Origin: Pseudomonadota bacterium
GTDB taxonomy: Bacteria; Pseudomonadota; Alphaproteobacteria; Paracaedibacterales; JAKBAR01
Direction of reading: 5' to 3'
Assembly: GCA_021808925.1 (NCBI GenBank)
Contig: JAKBAR010000003.1
Coordinates: 1 to 53,975, forward strand
DNA length: 53,975 bases
How positions within the stretch are numbered: the first letter of the stretch is position 1; the number at the start of each line of letters is the position of its first letter. Below are positions 1 to 10,198 of the stretch, in pieces. The position numbers were made by a program, and so were the translations under genes. Under the pieces are notes generated by a model. The model was not told the origin of the DNA. It saw only the letters and a program-made list of their open reading frames with translations, and ran no database searches.

Positions 1-178
1 ATACGACTGTTAAGAAGAGAAAATTTTTCTAAAAATCGCGTACAATCTCCGTATCGCCACCCCTTAAGGAGACCAGAACCCTTGAATTCAGCTCCCTCCA
101 GCACAATTATTTTTGCGAAAATCGCCTCAAAAATCGCCTAACCACGCAAAACTCATCCGTATCATCGAAAATTTTTTC

Positions 179-1177
179 TTAAATCCCCACGCTCTTTTTA
201 ATCTGGGTCATATGTTGACCTGCAAGATCATTGGCATGAGCGGCGCCCTTTTCTAAAACGTGATCAAGGTAGAATAAATCATGCATATAATGCTTAATTT
301 TCTCTCCCATCGGCAACAGAGTTTCATGGAGCACCTCAATCAGCGCTTTTTTAAGGACTGAAAATGTTTTGCCTTCGAATGCTTTACAGACCGCATCAGG
401 TTTTTTATGCGTTAATGCCGCCAAAATATTCACAAGATTACGCGCTTCTGGACGATTTTCCATCAATGCCATTGAGGCCGCGATCACGTCCGTATCCGTT
501 TTAGCTTTTTTAATTTTTCGCGCAAGCGTATCCGCATCATCCGTCAAATGAATCCGTGAATAGTCTGACACATCCGATTTACTCATCTTGGACGTGCCAT
601 CACGCAAACTCATAATACGCGTTGCAGGTCCTGTAATAACAGGCTCGGGCAGATGAAAAAAATCCTTTGCAAAACGACGGTTGAACATCCCTGCCACATC
701 ACGGGCCAGCTCCACATGTTGCTTTTGATCTTCACCTACGGGCACATGGGTTGCCTTATACAGCAAAATGTCCGCCGCCATCAAAACAGGATAGGCATAA
801 AGACCAAGGCATACACTCTCGATGTTTTTACCCGCTTTTTCTTTAAACTGTGTCATACGGTTCAACCAGCCCATGGGCGTAATACAGGAAAAAATCCACG
901 CAAGCTCCGTGTGCGCGGGCACATCACTTTGGCGAAAAATAAAACATTTTTCAGGAGACAAACCACAGGCTAAATAGGTTGCCGCCATAAGATAGGAATT
1001 GTGCCGCAGATTTTCTGAGTCCTCGAGTGTGGTCAACGCATGTAGATCCACAATGCAAAAAAGATTGTCCTGGTTTTTACTTGCCTCAAGCCCATCCACC
1101 CACTGTTTAATTGCGCCTAAATAATTACCAAGATGAATAATGCCCGTAGGGCGCACACCGGATAAAACCCGTTTCAT
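179..1177 (-). CDS. trpS: tryptophan--tRNA ligase
   Basis: 332-aa ORF with the class I synthetase HIGH-type motif (TGIIHLGNYLG) near the N-terminus and a KMSKS loop (SKMSKSD). Length and layout are typical of bacterial TrpRS. Confidence 0.93.
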   Translation of the reverse strand: MKRVLSGVRPTGIIHLGNYLGAIKQWVDGLEASKNQDNLFCIVDLHALTTLEDSENLRHNSYLMAATYLACGLSPEKCFIFRQSDVPAHTELAWIFSCITPMGWLNRMTQFKEKAGKNIESVCLGLYAYPVLMAADILLYKATHVPVGEDQKQHVELARDVAGMFNRRFAKDFFHLPEPVITGPATRIMSLRDGTSKMSKSDVSDYSRIHLTDDADTLARKIKKAKTDTDVIAASMALMENRPEARNLVNILAALTHKKPDAVCKAFEGKTFSVLKKALIEVLHETLLPMGEKIKHYMHDLFYLDHVLEKGAAHANDLAGQHMTQIKKSVGI

Positions 1178-2718
1178 ACTTTTTTCCTTTGACGACGTAT
1201 AAATTTAAAAAAGGTACTGAGTCCAAAAAAGTGCGAGATCATCATATAAATCACAAGGGCCGCACCGATAAATCCTAAAACACTCATAATCTCGCCAAAT
1301 AAAGATTCAGGCGCACGTATAAGGCTTTGACCCCCTAAAAGCGCAAAAGCCATAAGTGTGCAAGCCAGCGTGACCTTAGCAAAAAAGACAAGAAGACCTT
1401 TATTATAAAGATTATACCACCCTCTCTTTTTCATCACATAGGCAAGGATTCCCGCATTCGCCCACGCGGCAAGCCCTGTTGAAAGCGCAAGACCAATATG
1501 TTCCAGCTTCCAAATCAAAAGAAAATTAAGCGCTAAATTCACACTAACAGAGACTAATGCAACTTTGACGGGCGTTTTCGTATCCTGGCGCGCAAAAAAA
1601 CAGGTCGACAGTACTTTTCCCACAACATAGGCAGGCAAACCCACAGCAAAGGCCGCAAGTGTGGGCGCTGTCGCCTGAATAGCCGCCTCATCAAATTTTC
1701 CATGGCCATAAATCAGCCCAATAATCGGGTACGCAAGGGCCACAAGCCCCACCGTCGCAGGCATTGTGAGTTGTAACGCCATCTCAATCGCCTGATTGGT
1801 CGTATGCCGTGCACTCGTATCCTCACCCAGGCGAATTTGTTTCGACAAAAGAGGCAACAGTGCTGTACTAATCGCCACACCAAAAATAGAAAGCGGCAGC
1901 TGGTTGAGCCTATCCGCATAATAAAGATACGCAAGAGCTCCTGTAGGCAAAAAAGACGCCAGCATCAGATCAATAAAAATATTCACCTGCATCACACCGG
2001 CACCAATCGTTCCGGGCCCCATGAGTTTTAATATTTTTTTGACCTTTGGCGTAATTTTTGGAAAATGCAAGCGAAGTGCAAAATCGTAGCGCGTACATAC
2101 GATATAAAGCCACGCGAATTGTACAATCCCTGCGATAAAAACAGCCGTGCAGAGGCTATACCCTGGATCAAAACCAAACTCTCCCGCCAGTAAAAGCGAC
2201 GAAATCATAATAATATTCAGCAAAATCGGCGCTGCAGCTGCACTGGCAAATTTATGAATGGAATTGAGAATTCCCCCTAAAAGCGCTGTCAGGGAAATAA
2301 AAAGAATATAGGGAAAGGTAATGCGAATAAAATTAACCGCAAGATCCATGCGCTCTGGTGTTGTGGCAAATCCAGGTGCAAGAATATGAATGATAGAGGG
2401 CGTTGCGATGACGACTAAAACACAAAACCCTGTAAGAAAAAATGTCATAAACGAAAACACATCCATCGCAATTTTTTGTGCTTCTTTTTTTCCTCCCTCG
2501 GCAAGTTCTCCTGCAAAAATGGGGACAAAAGCCGCATTAAAGGCCCCTTCTGCAAAAAAACGACGAAAGAAATTAGGAAACTTAAACGCCACCACAAACG
2601 CATCCGCCATGAGGCCCGCACCAAGGAAATGAGACATCAAAATCTCGCGCATCATGCCAAAAATACGCGAAAGCCCCGTATAGCCGCCAATGGTTGTTAC
2701 TGCTTTTAAAATGTTCAA
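1174..2718 (-). CDS. murJ: lipid II flippase MurJ (MviN family)
   Basis: 514-aa polytopic membrane ORF with the MurJ/MviN N-terminal signature (SRIFGMMREILMSHFLGAG..ADAFVVAFKFPNFFRRFFAEGAFNAAFVP). Its stop overlaps the trpS start by 4 bp (murJ-trpS pair). Confidence 0.9.
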   Translation of the reverse strand: MNILKAVTTIGGYTGLSRIFGMMREILMSHFLGAGLMADAFVVAFKFPNFFRRFFAEGAFNAAFVPIFAGELAEGGKKEAQKIAMDVFSFMTFFLTGFCVLVVIATPSIIHILAPGFATTPERMDLAVNFIRITFPYILFISLTALLGGILNSIHKFASAAAAPILLNIIMISSLLLAGEFGFDPGYSLCTAVFIAGIVQFAWLYIVCTRYDFALRLHFPKITPKVKKILKLMGPGTIGAGVMQVNIFIDLMLASFLPTGALAYLYYADRLNQLPLSIFGVAISTALLPLLSKQIRLGEDTSARHTTNQAIEMALQLTMPATVGLVALAYPIIGLIYGHGKFDEAAIQATAPTLAAFAVGLPAYVVGKVLSTCFFARQDTKTPVKVALVSVSVNLALNFLLIWKLEHIGLALSTGLAAWANAGILAYVMKKRGWYNLYNKGLLVFFAKVTLACTLMAFALLGGQSLIRAPESLFGEIMSVLGFIGAALVIYMMISHFFGLSTFFKFIRRQRKKV

Positions 2719-2815
2719 GGGTGTTCTATGATCGCTGTGAATATCGCCGCATCATAACATAAAATGTGTAACGCAACGCAATAAATTTAACACCCTTAAG
2801 GATTCAGCGACTCTT

Positions 2816-3415
2816 ATGCTTTCTGTTAAAAATCTTGTGTTGCATCGCGGTGAGAACCTGCTTCATCCCAATATTCATTTTACCCTCAAAAAGGGACAAG
2901 GGCTAATCCTTCGAGGGCCTAATGGATGCGGAAAAACGACCTTCTTACACACCTTGGCGGGGCTGATAAAAAATGACTTTAGCCCCAACATTTTGATAGC
3001 ATCAGAAACTTTTTTCCTCCCCCATGTTGATGCTCTTCTTGGGCACACAACGGTCGAGGAAAATATGATTATTTTTGCGCAACTCATGGGTTTGACCTTC
3101 CATTTGTCAGAGGATCCCTTCAAGATCAAACCTTTTTTAGCGCAAAAAGTTAACCGACTTTCTCATGGCCAAAGGCGCCGCGTGTCCCTCTCCCGTCTTC
3201 TTTTGACACACGCAAAATTGTGGCTCTTAGATGAACCGGAGCAAGGACTTGACACCCATTTCACGCACATTTTATGCAAAGTTCTTGATCATCATCTTTT
3301 GAATGGAGGTGGGATTATCCTTGCGTCTCACTTTTTGCCCACTCAAAAGAATTGGCAAGAATTAACCTTTTGCCAGCTACATGAAAAGTCTCTTGAAAAA
3401 TCATCATTTTTTTGA
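2816..3415 (+). CDS. ccmA: ABC transporter ATP-binding protein, CcmA-like (heme exporter)
   Basis: 199-aa ORF with Walker A (GPNGCGKTT), ABC signature (LSHGQRRRVSL) and Walker B (LWLLDEP). The short single-domain size fits CcmA. No ccmB follows. Confidence 0.6.
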   Translation: MLSVKNLVLHRGENLLHPNIHFTLKKGQGLILRGPNGCGKTTFLHTLAGLIKNDFSPNILIASETFFLPHVDALLGHTTVEENMIIFAQLMGLTFHLSEDPFKIKPFLAQKVNRLSHGQRRRVSLSRLLLTHAKLWLLDEPEQGLDTHFTHILCKVLDHHLLNGGGIILASHFLPTQKNWQELTFCQLHEKSLEKSSFF

Positions 3416-3453
3416 GAGGATACTCAAAATTATCTATTTAGCCTCAAAAAAAC

Positions 3454-3834
3454 ATGAAATATCTCGGTCTTTTTTTCACCCTTTTGGCCCTCCCCCCCTT
3501 AACATCTTGCTCCACCACAAAGGGAAATGCTGTTGTGGGCGAATCCTCAAAGGACGAAGTCTACCGTATTATTAACGATCAAGTTTCGACAAAATCCGAT
3601 GCACGTCGCGTTTTTAGTGATCCAAGCGATATCGATTTTGATAACCAAGGCAATGAGAAATGGACCTATACACACATTACGCAAACCTCCATGGTGCGCA
3701 ATTACATTCCCGTTGTTAACTTTTTCACAAAAGGCACAGACGATACCCACAAAAAAATTGTGCTTATTTTTGATCCCAAAGGTACGCTCATCAAAAGTGC
3801 TGTGAGTGAATCCAAGGGCGAAACAAAGTGGTAA
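3454..3834 (+). CDS. putative lipoprotein
   Basis: 126-aa ORF with a hydrophobic N-terminus ending in a lipobox-like LTSC followed by STTKG. No confident family assignment. Confidence 0.5.
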   Translation: MKYLGLFFTLLALPPLTSCSTTKGNAVVGESSKDEVYRIINDQVSTKSDARRVFSDPSDIDFDNQGNEKWTYTHITQTSMVRNYIPVVNFFTKGTDDTHKKIVLIFDPKGTLIKSAVSESKGETKW

Positions 3835-3838
3835 AAGC

Positions 3839-3900
3839 ATAAAACGACTTATTCTTTGCGGGCAGGTGAGACTTTTTGCCTAAGTCGTTTTATTTTTATT
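3839..3900 (+). terminator. long hairpin followed by T-rich tract (putative terminator)
   Basis: Perfect 13-bp inverted arms: ATAAAACGACTTA (3839-3851) and TAAGTCGTTTTAT (3881-3893), followed by TTTTATT. The stem is AT-rich and the loop is 29 nt, so confidence is moderate. Confidence 0.4.
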
Positions 3901-3973
3901 CATTATCTGCCCTTGGCATCAGAGAAAAAGCGTTGTAAAATTTTTTTATAAATTTTTTTATAAATTTTACATT

Positions 3974-6373
3974 TTGATATCATCACTCCTCCACACGCTT
4001 CTGGATATTTCTTTTTTCCAAGCTTTTGAGCTTGCTTTTTTTCTATGCCTTATACTATGGGCCCTTTTATGGAGCTTGGAGTCGAAAACACTTCAAAAAA
4101 AAGTTGATCAGGAAAAATATCTTCGCGGTTTTTTATGCGAATCATTAAGCGAAATGAATGTACCCATGGCGTATTTTTCACATGATGGGTATCCCTATAT
4201 GAATGAGGATTTTTTAGCAATTTTTAATATCCAGCCCCATGAAGATCTAAAGGAAGCGATTCTTCAACGTATTCAAAAACAAATCCCTGCGGAGACATGG
4301 GAGGCGTTTATTCGCTATCTTATGTTTCAATCAGAAGAGCTTATGTGTGTGATGGAGCAAGAAGGCCAAAGCTATTGTCTGCACGCACGCGCTTATGATA
4401 GTACCGCTTATTTATGGATGAGCCCCCTCAAAAACTCAGAAGATGACTATCTTTATGCCAAACGCATCATCAACAATATCCCCATTGCGCTGTGGTATCG
4501 CAATCATCACAGTGACATTGTCTATTGCAATGATGTCTATGCTAAAATTTTGGGAAAAACAGCCGAGGATGTGATCTTTGAAAAAACAGAACTTTGCCCA
4601 CCGGGACGCCTTGGCAGCCCCTATAAGCAAAGTCAAAAAGCCATTACAGAAAAAACACCTCAAACAGATCGTATGCATGCTGTCATTGATGGTTCTCGAA
4701 GGCTTTTAGAAGTAGGCGCCGTTCCTTTCTCTAATAAAAGCTCCCTTGGCTACGCGTTTGATATCACAGAAATAGAAGATCTTCAAAAAAAACTCAGCAA
4801 ATACATAGAAAGTAGTCATGATCTTTTGGATCATATTGCATCATCAATTGCGATTTATGGTCCTGATACGCGTCTTCATTATTTTAATCGTGCTTATGTG
4901 AATTTATTTCAGTTTGATGAAAATTGGCTAAGATCTAATCCCACTTTAGGTGATGTTCTCGAAGATTTGCGTACACGGCGAAGACTTCCGGAATACCCTA
5001 ACTTTCAACATTATAAAAAAACGCGCATGCAGTTTTTCAATAATCTCATTGATCCTCTTCAAGATCTTGTGCATCAACCCGATGGCAAAATATTCCGCAT
5101 GCTTGTGGCCCCCCACCCCCTTGGCGGTATTTTTTATATTTTTGATGATGTGAGTGAAAAAATAACACTCGAGCGCCAATATAATACCCTCATTGCTGTG
5201 CAACAGGAAACGATTGATAATCTTTTTGATGCCATTTTAGTTTTTGGATCAGACCATCGTCTTCAGATTATGAATCGTTCTTTTTGTAAAATGTTCGATG
5301 TGAATGAACCCCTGTGGTTTTCAGGAAAAACACTTCAAGAGGTTATTGATATTGACAATCCTAATCTTGTCATGACAAAAACCGAATTACTCAGCCTCTT
5401 TATGAATCTTTTTAATAAGCGTCATCCGACACAAGATCACATGGAACTCACAAGTGGGCGCATTTTGCGCTATAGTTATATCCCTCTTCCCGATGGATCA
5501 CATCTTATGAGTTTTATTGATATGACAGACTCTATCCGCTTCCAAGAAACGCTTAAAGAGCGCAACCGTATTCTCGAAGAAGTCAACGAGCTTCGATCAC
5601 GCTTTATTCATGATGTATCTTATGAAATTAAAACACCCCTTGCCCTTATCCAAAATCACACTGAACAGTTACAACAAGATCAGCACAATGCACAGTCAGA
5701 CCAAAAGCAGCTCTACCGCACAAAGGAAATTATTGACTCCACAAAACACCTTCTCTCGATTATTAATAACATGATTGATTTATCCCACGTTGAATCAGGC
5801 CAACTAACCTGTCTTACAAAAAAAGTCAATCTTGGGAGGTTTTTAAAATCCACTGCATCGCTTGTTTCCAGCAAAGCCAAAGAAAAAGGCATTGAGATTA
5901 TTATTGAAAATAACACAGCGATTGAAACTTTTAATGCGGATGAAAAGCGCCTCAAACAAGCTTTTTTTAATATGCTAAGTGGCGCACTCAGAGCAAAAGA
6001 ATCCAAAGGCAAAATTATCCTTCGCACACAGTCAGAATTTTTTGAGGAAAAAGAATACCTTTCCTTTGCAATTATCGATAATACAGAAAAAGATCATGGC
6101 CTTGAAAAACCTTTAAAAATAAAAACGAACTTGCCCAAGGATACTAAAATTATCAAAACAGACGATCTTAATCTTCTCAAAGGACATTTTACAAATGAGC
6201 TAGGGCTAACACTCGTCAAACGCATTGCGCAGCTCCACGGTGGTTGGTTGTCGGTGGAGAAAAATGAAGGGACTGAAAAGACGTCCCTCCCCCTTACGAT
6301 CACAACTTATATCCCCATCGAGCAACCTTCTGTCGAAAATAACGAATGCATCGAATTTTTAAAATCAGCTTAA
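3974..6373 (+). CDS. divL: DivL-like sensor kinase (Tyr replaces the phospho-acceptor His)
   Basis: 799-aa ORF with a TTG start, an N-terminal TM segment, a long PAS-like region and a DHp H-box reading FIHDVSYEIKTPL (canonical xxSHELRTPL). The TAT codon lies at 5621-5623, residue 550 of this ORF. The C-terminal ATPase domain has degenerate G1/G2 boxes. Confidence 0.7.
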   Translation: MISSLLHTLLDISFFQAFELAFFLCLILWALLWSLESKTLQKKVDQEKYLRGFLCESLSEMNVPMAYFSHDGYPYMNEDFLAIFNIQPHEDLKEAILQRIQKQIPAETWEAFIRYLMFQSEELMCVMEQEGQSYCLHARAYDSTAYLWMSPLKNSEDDYLYAKRIINNIPIALWYRNHHSDIVYCNDVYAKILGKTAEDVIFEKTELCPPGRLGSPYKQSQKAITEKTPQTDRMHAVIDGSRRLLEVGAVPFSNKSSLGYAFDITEIEDLQKKLSKYIESSHDLLDHIASSIAIYGPDTRLHYFNRAYVNLFQFDENWLRSNPTLGDVLEDLRTRRRLPEYPNFQHYKKTRMQFFNNLIDPLQDLVHQPDGKIFRMLVAPHPLGGIFYIFDDVSEKITLERQYNTLIAVQQETIDNLFDAILVFGSDHRLQIMNRSFCKMFDVNEPLWFSGKTLQEVIDIDNPNLVMTKTELLSLFMNLFNKRHPTQDHMELTSGRILRYSYIPLPDGSHLMSFIDMTDSIRFQETLKERNRILEEVNELRSRFIHDVSYEIKTPLALIQNHTEQLQQDQHNAQSDQKQLYRTKEIIDSTKHLLSIINNMIDLSHVESGQLTCLTKKVNLGRFLKSTASLVSSKAKEKGIEIIIENNTAIETFNADEKRLKQAFFNMLSGALRAKESKGKIILRTQSEFFEEKEYLSFAIIDNTEKDHGLEKPLKIKTNLPKDTKIIKTDDLNLLKGHFTNELGLTLVKRIAQLHGGWLSVEKNEGTEKTSLPLTITTYIPIEQPSVENNECIEFLKSA

Positions 6374-6526
6374 TCGCAGAGGATTCTCATCTAGATCTCA
6401 AAAGATGATTTTTTCCTCAGCCCTTTATTTCCTGCTCCTATGATCATAAAAAAACACCCCCTTTGGATTCTTCACAGAAGCTCGTCTGACTTGCCTCATC
6501 CTAGGAAGTTCTGATAGGTTGAATGC

Positions 6527-7330
6527 ATGGACACGCTTTTCTCTCTTCTTTTCTTTCCAACGCTCGCACTCCTTGTGCTTGGCCTTGCTTTGGCACCCCT
6601 TGGATGTTTTTTAACCTGGCGGAGACTTGCTTTTTTTGGGGACGGTTTGTCTCATGCCTGTACGTTTGGTATTGCGGTTGCTCTTTTGCTGAAAATACAT
6701 TTTTTAATTGGTATTTCCATTACGGCCGTCAGCATTGGGATTCTTCTCATCCTTCTTGAGAAAAAGAAAACGCTTTCCATCGACACCTTTTTTTCCATTC
6801 TCTCCTATGCTTTTTTTTCAGGGGGCATCCTTGCCTTATCTTTTTCAAAAAATCTTCATATCTCCGTTGAGGATGTGCTTTTTGGTGATTTTTTAGCCAT
6901 CCAATCCTTTGACTTCTGGATAACCCTCGCCCTTGTCAGCATTGTTCTCATTTTTCTTTTAATCACCTGGCCAACGCTCGTCCTTTTATGTTTAAGTCAA
7001 GACCTTGCGATCATTCGCCATAAAGATGCACGGCATGTTGAAATTCTTTTTATTATACTCACAAGTCTCACGGTGGCTTTTGGCATGTCGCTCATTGGCG
7101 CTCTTTTACTGCCTGCACTTATGATTCTTCCCGCTGCAACCGCACGCTTTCTCAGCACACACCCACGGCAAATGATGATTGTGTCTGCAGGTATGTCCAC
7201 TCTAGGATGCAGCCTCGGCATCGCAGCGTCATATATCTTTAAAACGCCCACGTCGCCCACGATGGTGCTTGCAAGTGCTGGCCTTTTCGTCTTGACTCTC
7301 CTCCTCCCTCAAAGGATATCGCATGTCTGA
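6527..7330 (+). CDS. znuB: ABC-3 family metal (Zn/Mn) transporter permease, ZnuB-like
   Basis: 267-aa ORF with 7-8 hydrophobic helices and the ZnuB/MntB-like N-terminus (LLGLALAPLGCFLTWRRLAFFGDGLSHA). It overlaps the parE start by 8 bp. Confidence 0.7.
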   Translation: MDTLFSLLFFPTLALLVLGLALAPLGCFLTWRRLAFFGDGLSHACTFGIAVALLLKIHFLIGISITAVSIGILLILLEKKKTLSIDTFFSILSYAFFSGGILALSFSKNLHISVEDVLFGDFLAIQSFDFWITLALVSIVLIFLLITWPTLVLLCLSQDLAIIRHKDARHVEILFIILTSLTVAFGMSLIGALLLPALMILPAATARFLSTHPRQMMIVSAGMSTLGCSLGIAASYIFKTPTSPTMVLASAGLFVLTLLLPQRISHV

Positions 7331-9275
7331 TCTTTTCAAAAACTCATCCTCAAAACCATCTGCAACGCATTACACAGCGGATGATATTGAGGTCTTGGAA
7401 GGTCTTGAGCCTGTCCGCAAACGCCCCGGTATGTATATTGGCGGGACCGATGACAAAGCGCTGCACCACCTTGTTTCAGAAGTGCTTGATAATGCGATGG
7501 ACGAGGCCGTGGCGGGTCATGCGTCTAAAATTACAGTCACATTTCACAGCCCCACATCCATCAGTATAAGCGATAATGGCCGCGGTATTCCCATTGATCC
7601 CCATCCCAAATACCCAGACAAATCCGCCCTTGAAGTTATTTTTACAACCCTCCATTCGGGTGGAAAATTTAAAACAGGTGTTTATGAAACAGCTGGAGGT
7701 TTGCACGGTGTGGGTTTGGCCGTTGTCAATGCACTTTCAACGTCACTCACAGTAGAGGTTGTGCGCAGCAAAATTCTCTACACACAAACATTTAGTCGCG
7801 GTCATGCAACTTCTTCTTTAACGCAATCTGCAACGTCTAAACAGCGCGGAACAACAATCACCTTTACTCCCGATCCTGAAATTTTTAAGGACAATCATTA
7901 CTTTGATCCTGCGCTTATCTTAAAAATGGCCAAGGCCAAAGCCTTTTTATTTAAGGGGGTTGAAATTCTTTGGAAGTGCTCAAGTGATCTCATTTCAGAG
8001 GATCTTCCCAAAGAAGCCGTTTTTCGTTATCCGGGGGGGCTTGAGGATTATTTGAAAGACCTCCTAGCGGAAAAATCAACGCTTCACCCTGATTGTTTTT
8101 CAGAAACAACGACTTTTTCACAGAAGAGTAAAATTGAATGGGCCGTTCTTTGGCCAAGCCGCGAGGGCGAGGGATTTATTCAATCCTATTGCAATACGAT
8201 TCCAACACCACTTGGGGGCACGCACGAACAAGGATTTCGCCAAGGCCTGACGCGGGCCCTTCGGGATTCAGGGGAAAAATTGCAACTGAAACGCACAAAA
8301 GATCTTTCCTTGGATGATGTCTGCGGTGATGCTGTTATTTTAATGTCGCTCTTCATTCCTCAGCCGCAATTTCAAGGACAAACAAAAGAAAAACTCACAA
8401 ATGCAGATATTGCGCGCCCTCTTGAAAATCTTGTGAAAGATCACTTTGAACACTGGCTATCGTCTCATCCCGAAGCTGCGCGCGCACTCATCGAGGCTCT
8501 TATTGAACGCTTTGAAAATCGCCTGCGCAACAAACAAAACAAAGAAGTCAGCCGCGCAAGCGTTACGCAACGCCTGCGTCTGCCCGGAAAATTAGCGGAT
8601 TGTTCTGATACACAGCTCAATGAAACGGAGCTTTTCCTTGTGGAGGGTGATTCTGCGGGAGGCTCTGCGAAACAAGCGCGCGACCGAAAAACCCAGGCCG
8701 TTCTGCCTTTGCGGGGAAAAATTCTCAACGTAGCGAACGCAACCCTTGATAAAATGAAGGCTAACCAAGAGCTTTCGGACCTTGCGCTTGCCCTTGGGTG
8801 CGGCACGGGCAAACATTGTCATGCTGAAAAGCGCCGCTATGGCAAAGTCATTATTATGACAGACGCTGATGTTGACGGCGCCCACATTGCGTCGCTACTG
8901 ATGACATTTTTTCTCAAAGAAATGACCGACCTTGTGATTAAAGGGCATCTTTATCTGGCACAGCCCCCCCTTTACCGCATCACACAAGGCAGCACAACCT
9001 ATTACGCAGCGAATGAGAATGAGCGCGATCTTCTTGTGAAAAAACTTAAAGGAAAACCGCAAGTTGGCCGTTTTAAAGGCCTTGGAGAGATGTTACCCGC
9101 TCAGCTGAAACAAACCACGATGGATAAAAAAAATCGCACACTCCTCAAAATTAATATTCAATCCCTTGAGGAAAGCACACAATTTCTGGAAAAACTTATG
9201 GGAAAAAACCCCGAAGCCCGTTTTCATTTTATTCAAGACAATGCGCTCAAAATAAGCGATGGCCCCTTTGACTAA
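7323..9275 (+). CDS. parE: DNA topoisomerase IV subunit B
   Basis: 650-aa type IIA topoisomerase B subunit with a GHKL ATPase N-terminus (LEGLEPVRKRPGMYIGGT, HLVSEVLDNAMDEA) and Toprim motifs (ELFLVEGDSAGGSAKQARDR, IMTDADVDGAHI). The short length, without the GyrB-type C-terminal insertion, favours ParE over GyrB. Confidence 0.85.
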   Translation: MSDLFKNSSSKPSATHYTADDIEVLEGLEPVRKRPGMYIGGTDDKALHHLVSEVLDNAMDEAVAGHASKITVTFHSPTSISISDNGRGIPIDPHPKYPDKSALEVIFTTLHSGGKFKTGVYETAGGLHGVGLAVVNALSTSLTVEVVRSKILYTQTFSRGHATSSLTQSATSKQRGTTITFTPDPEIFKDNHYFDPALILKMAKAKAFLFKGVEILWKCSSDLISEDLPKEAVFRYPGGLEDYLKDLLAEKSTLHPDCFSETTTFSQKSKIEWAVLWPSREGEGFIQSYCNTIPTPLGGTHEQGFRQGLTRALRDSGEKLQLKRTKDLSLDDVCGDAVILMSLFIPQPQFQGQTKEKLTNADIARPLENLVKDHFEHWLSSHPEAARALIEALIERFENRLRNKQNKEVSRASVTQRLRLPGKLADCSDTQLNETELFLVEGDSAGGSAKQARDRKTQAVLPLRGKILNVANATLDKMKANQELSDLALALGCGTGKHCHAEKRRYGKVIIMTDADVDGAHIASLLMTFFLKEMTDLVIKGHLYLAQPPLYRITQGSTTYYAANENERDLLVKKLKGKPQVGRFKGLGEMLPAQLKQTTMDKKNRTLLKINIQSLEESTQFLEKLMGKNPEARFHFIQDNALKISDGPFD

Positions 9276-9304
9276 TCACAGGGGAAGTTGTTTATTTATA
9301 CACT

Positions 9305-10195
9305 CTATAGCTTGATCTGATTCTCTAAAAATTCTTTAAATGCTTTGACTTTTTTAGAATCATTCAGGTGATCAGGGTGCGTAATGTGCAGATCAAACGA
9401 CGGCCCCTTACACTCCGGCAAAACGGGAATCAGTTGATTAAAATCCCGCGCCACAAAGTGAGGAAGCGCTCCAATACCTGTTCCTTTTTCAATCAACTGC
9501 ATAATGGCATAAGCGTTATTCACCGCCACATGAAAATCACGCACATGCCCTGTCTCAGCGCCGACTTTGAGCGTCCAATTCACTCCCTCAAACGGGGGCG
9601 TAATGTGCGTTCCAAAGACAATAAGTTTGTGATAATCCAAATCCTCAGGATATTTAGGCGTCCCATAATCAAGAAGATATTCCTTGCTCGCATACATCTG
9701 AAGCGTATCCCTAACAAAAAAACTACTCGTCATATTGGGGTGCTTTGGAGGGCCATAACTAATCGCGATATCCGCCTCGCGCATGGAAAAATCAACTTCT
9801 GTATCCGTCAAGGCAAGACACAAATTAATGCCTGGATACATTTCTGAAAAAAGGTGCAAACGAGGCGGCATCCATATGCTTCCAAATGCTACGGAACAGG
9901 CGACGCGTAGCTCACCTTTGGCCTCATTACGGCTCTCAAGAAGACGGTTTTGTGTCGCAGAAATTTGAGCAAACACACTCATGACTGTTTTATGCAAAAG
10001 CTCACCTTCTGCGGTGAGAATCAGCCCCCGCGCATGGCGTGTAAAAAGTTGCGCGCCTAAGTTTTCTTCGAGCGTACCGACCTGTCGACTGACTGCAGAC
10101 TGGCTAATATTCAGACGCTCACCCGCCCGGGTAAAACTGCCAGCTTGTGCCACCACATGAAAAATACGCAGCTTATCCCAATCCATCGCACTCAT
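9305..10195 (-). CDS. LysR family transcriptional regulator
   Basis: 296-aa ORF with an N-terminal LysR wHTH (LRIFHVVAQAGSFTRAGERLNISQSAVSRQVGTLEENLG) and a substrate-binding-type C-terminus. Confidence 0.85.
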   Translation of the reverse strand: MSAMDWDKLRIFHVVAQAGSFTRAGERLNISQSAVSRQVGTLEENLGAQLFTRHARGLILTAEGELLHKTVMSVFAQISATQNRLLESRNEAKGELRVACSVAFGSIWMPPRLHLFSEMYPGINLCLALTDTEVDFSMREADIAISYGPPKHPNMTSSFFVRDTLQMYASKEYLLDYGTPKYPEDLDYHKLIVFGTHITPPFEGVNWTLKVGAETGHVRDFHVAVNNAYAIMQLIEKGTGIGALPHFVARDFNQLIPVLPECKGPSFDLHITHPDHLNDSKKVKAFKEFLENQIKL

Positions 10196-10198
10196 AAA

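Noticed and set aside
30-140. Three copies of AAAATCGC(C/G), two of them as adjacent 12-mers at 117-140, downstream of trpS at the window edge.
   Set aside because: The repeats are short and degenerate, and the context is truncated by the window boundary. They are not interpretable.
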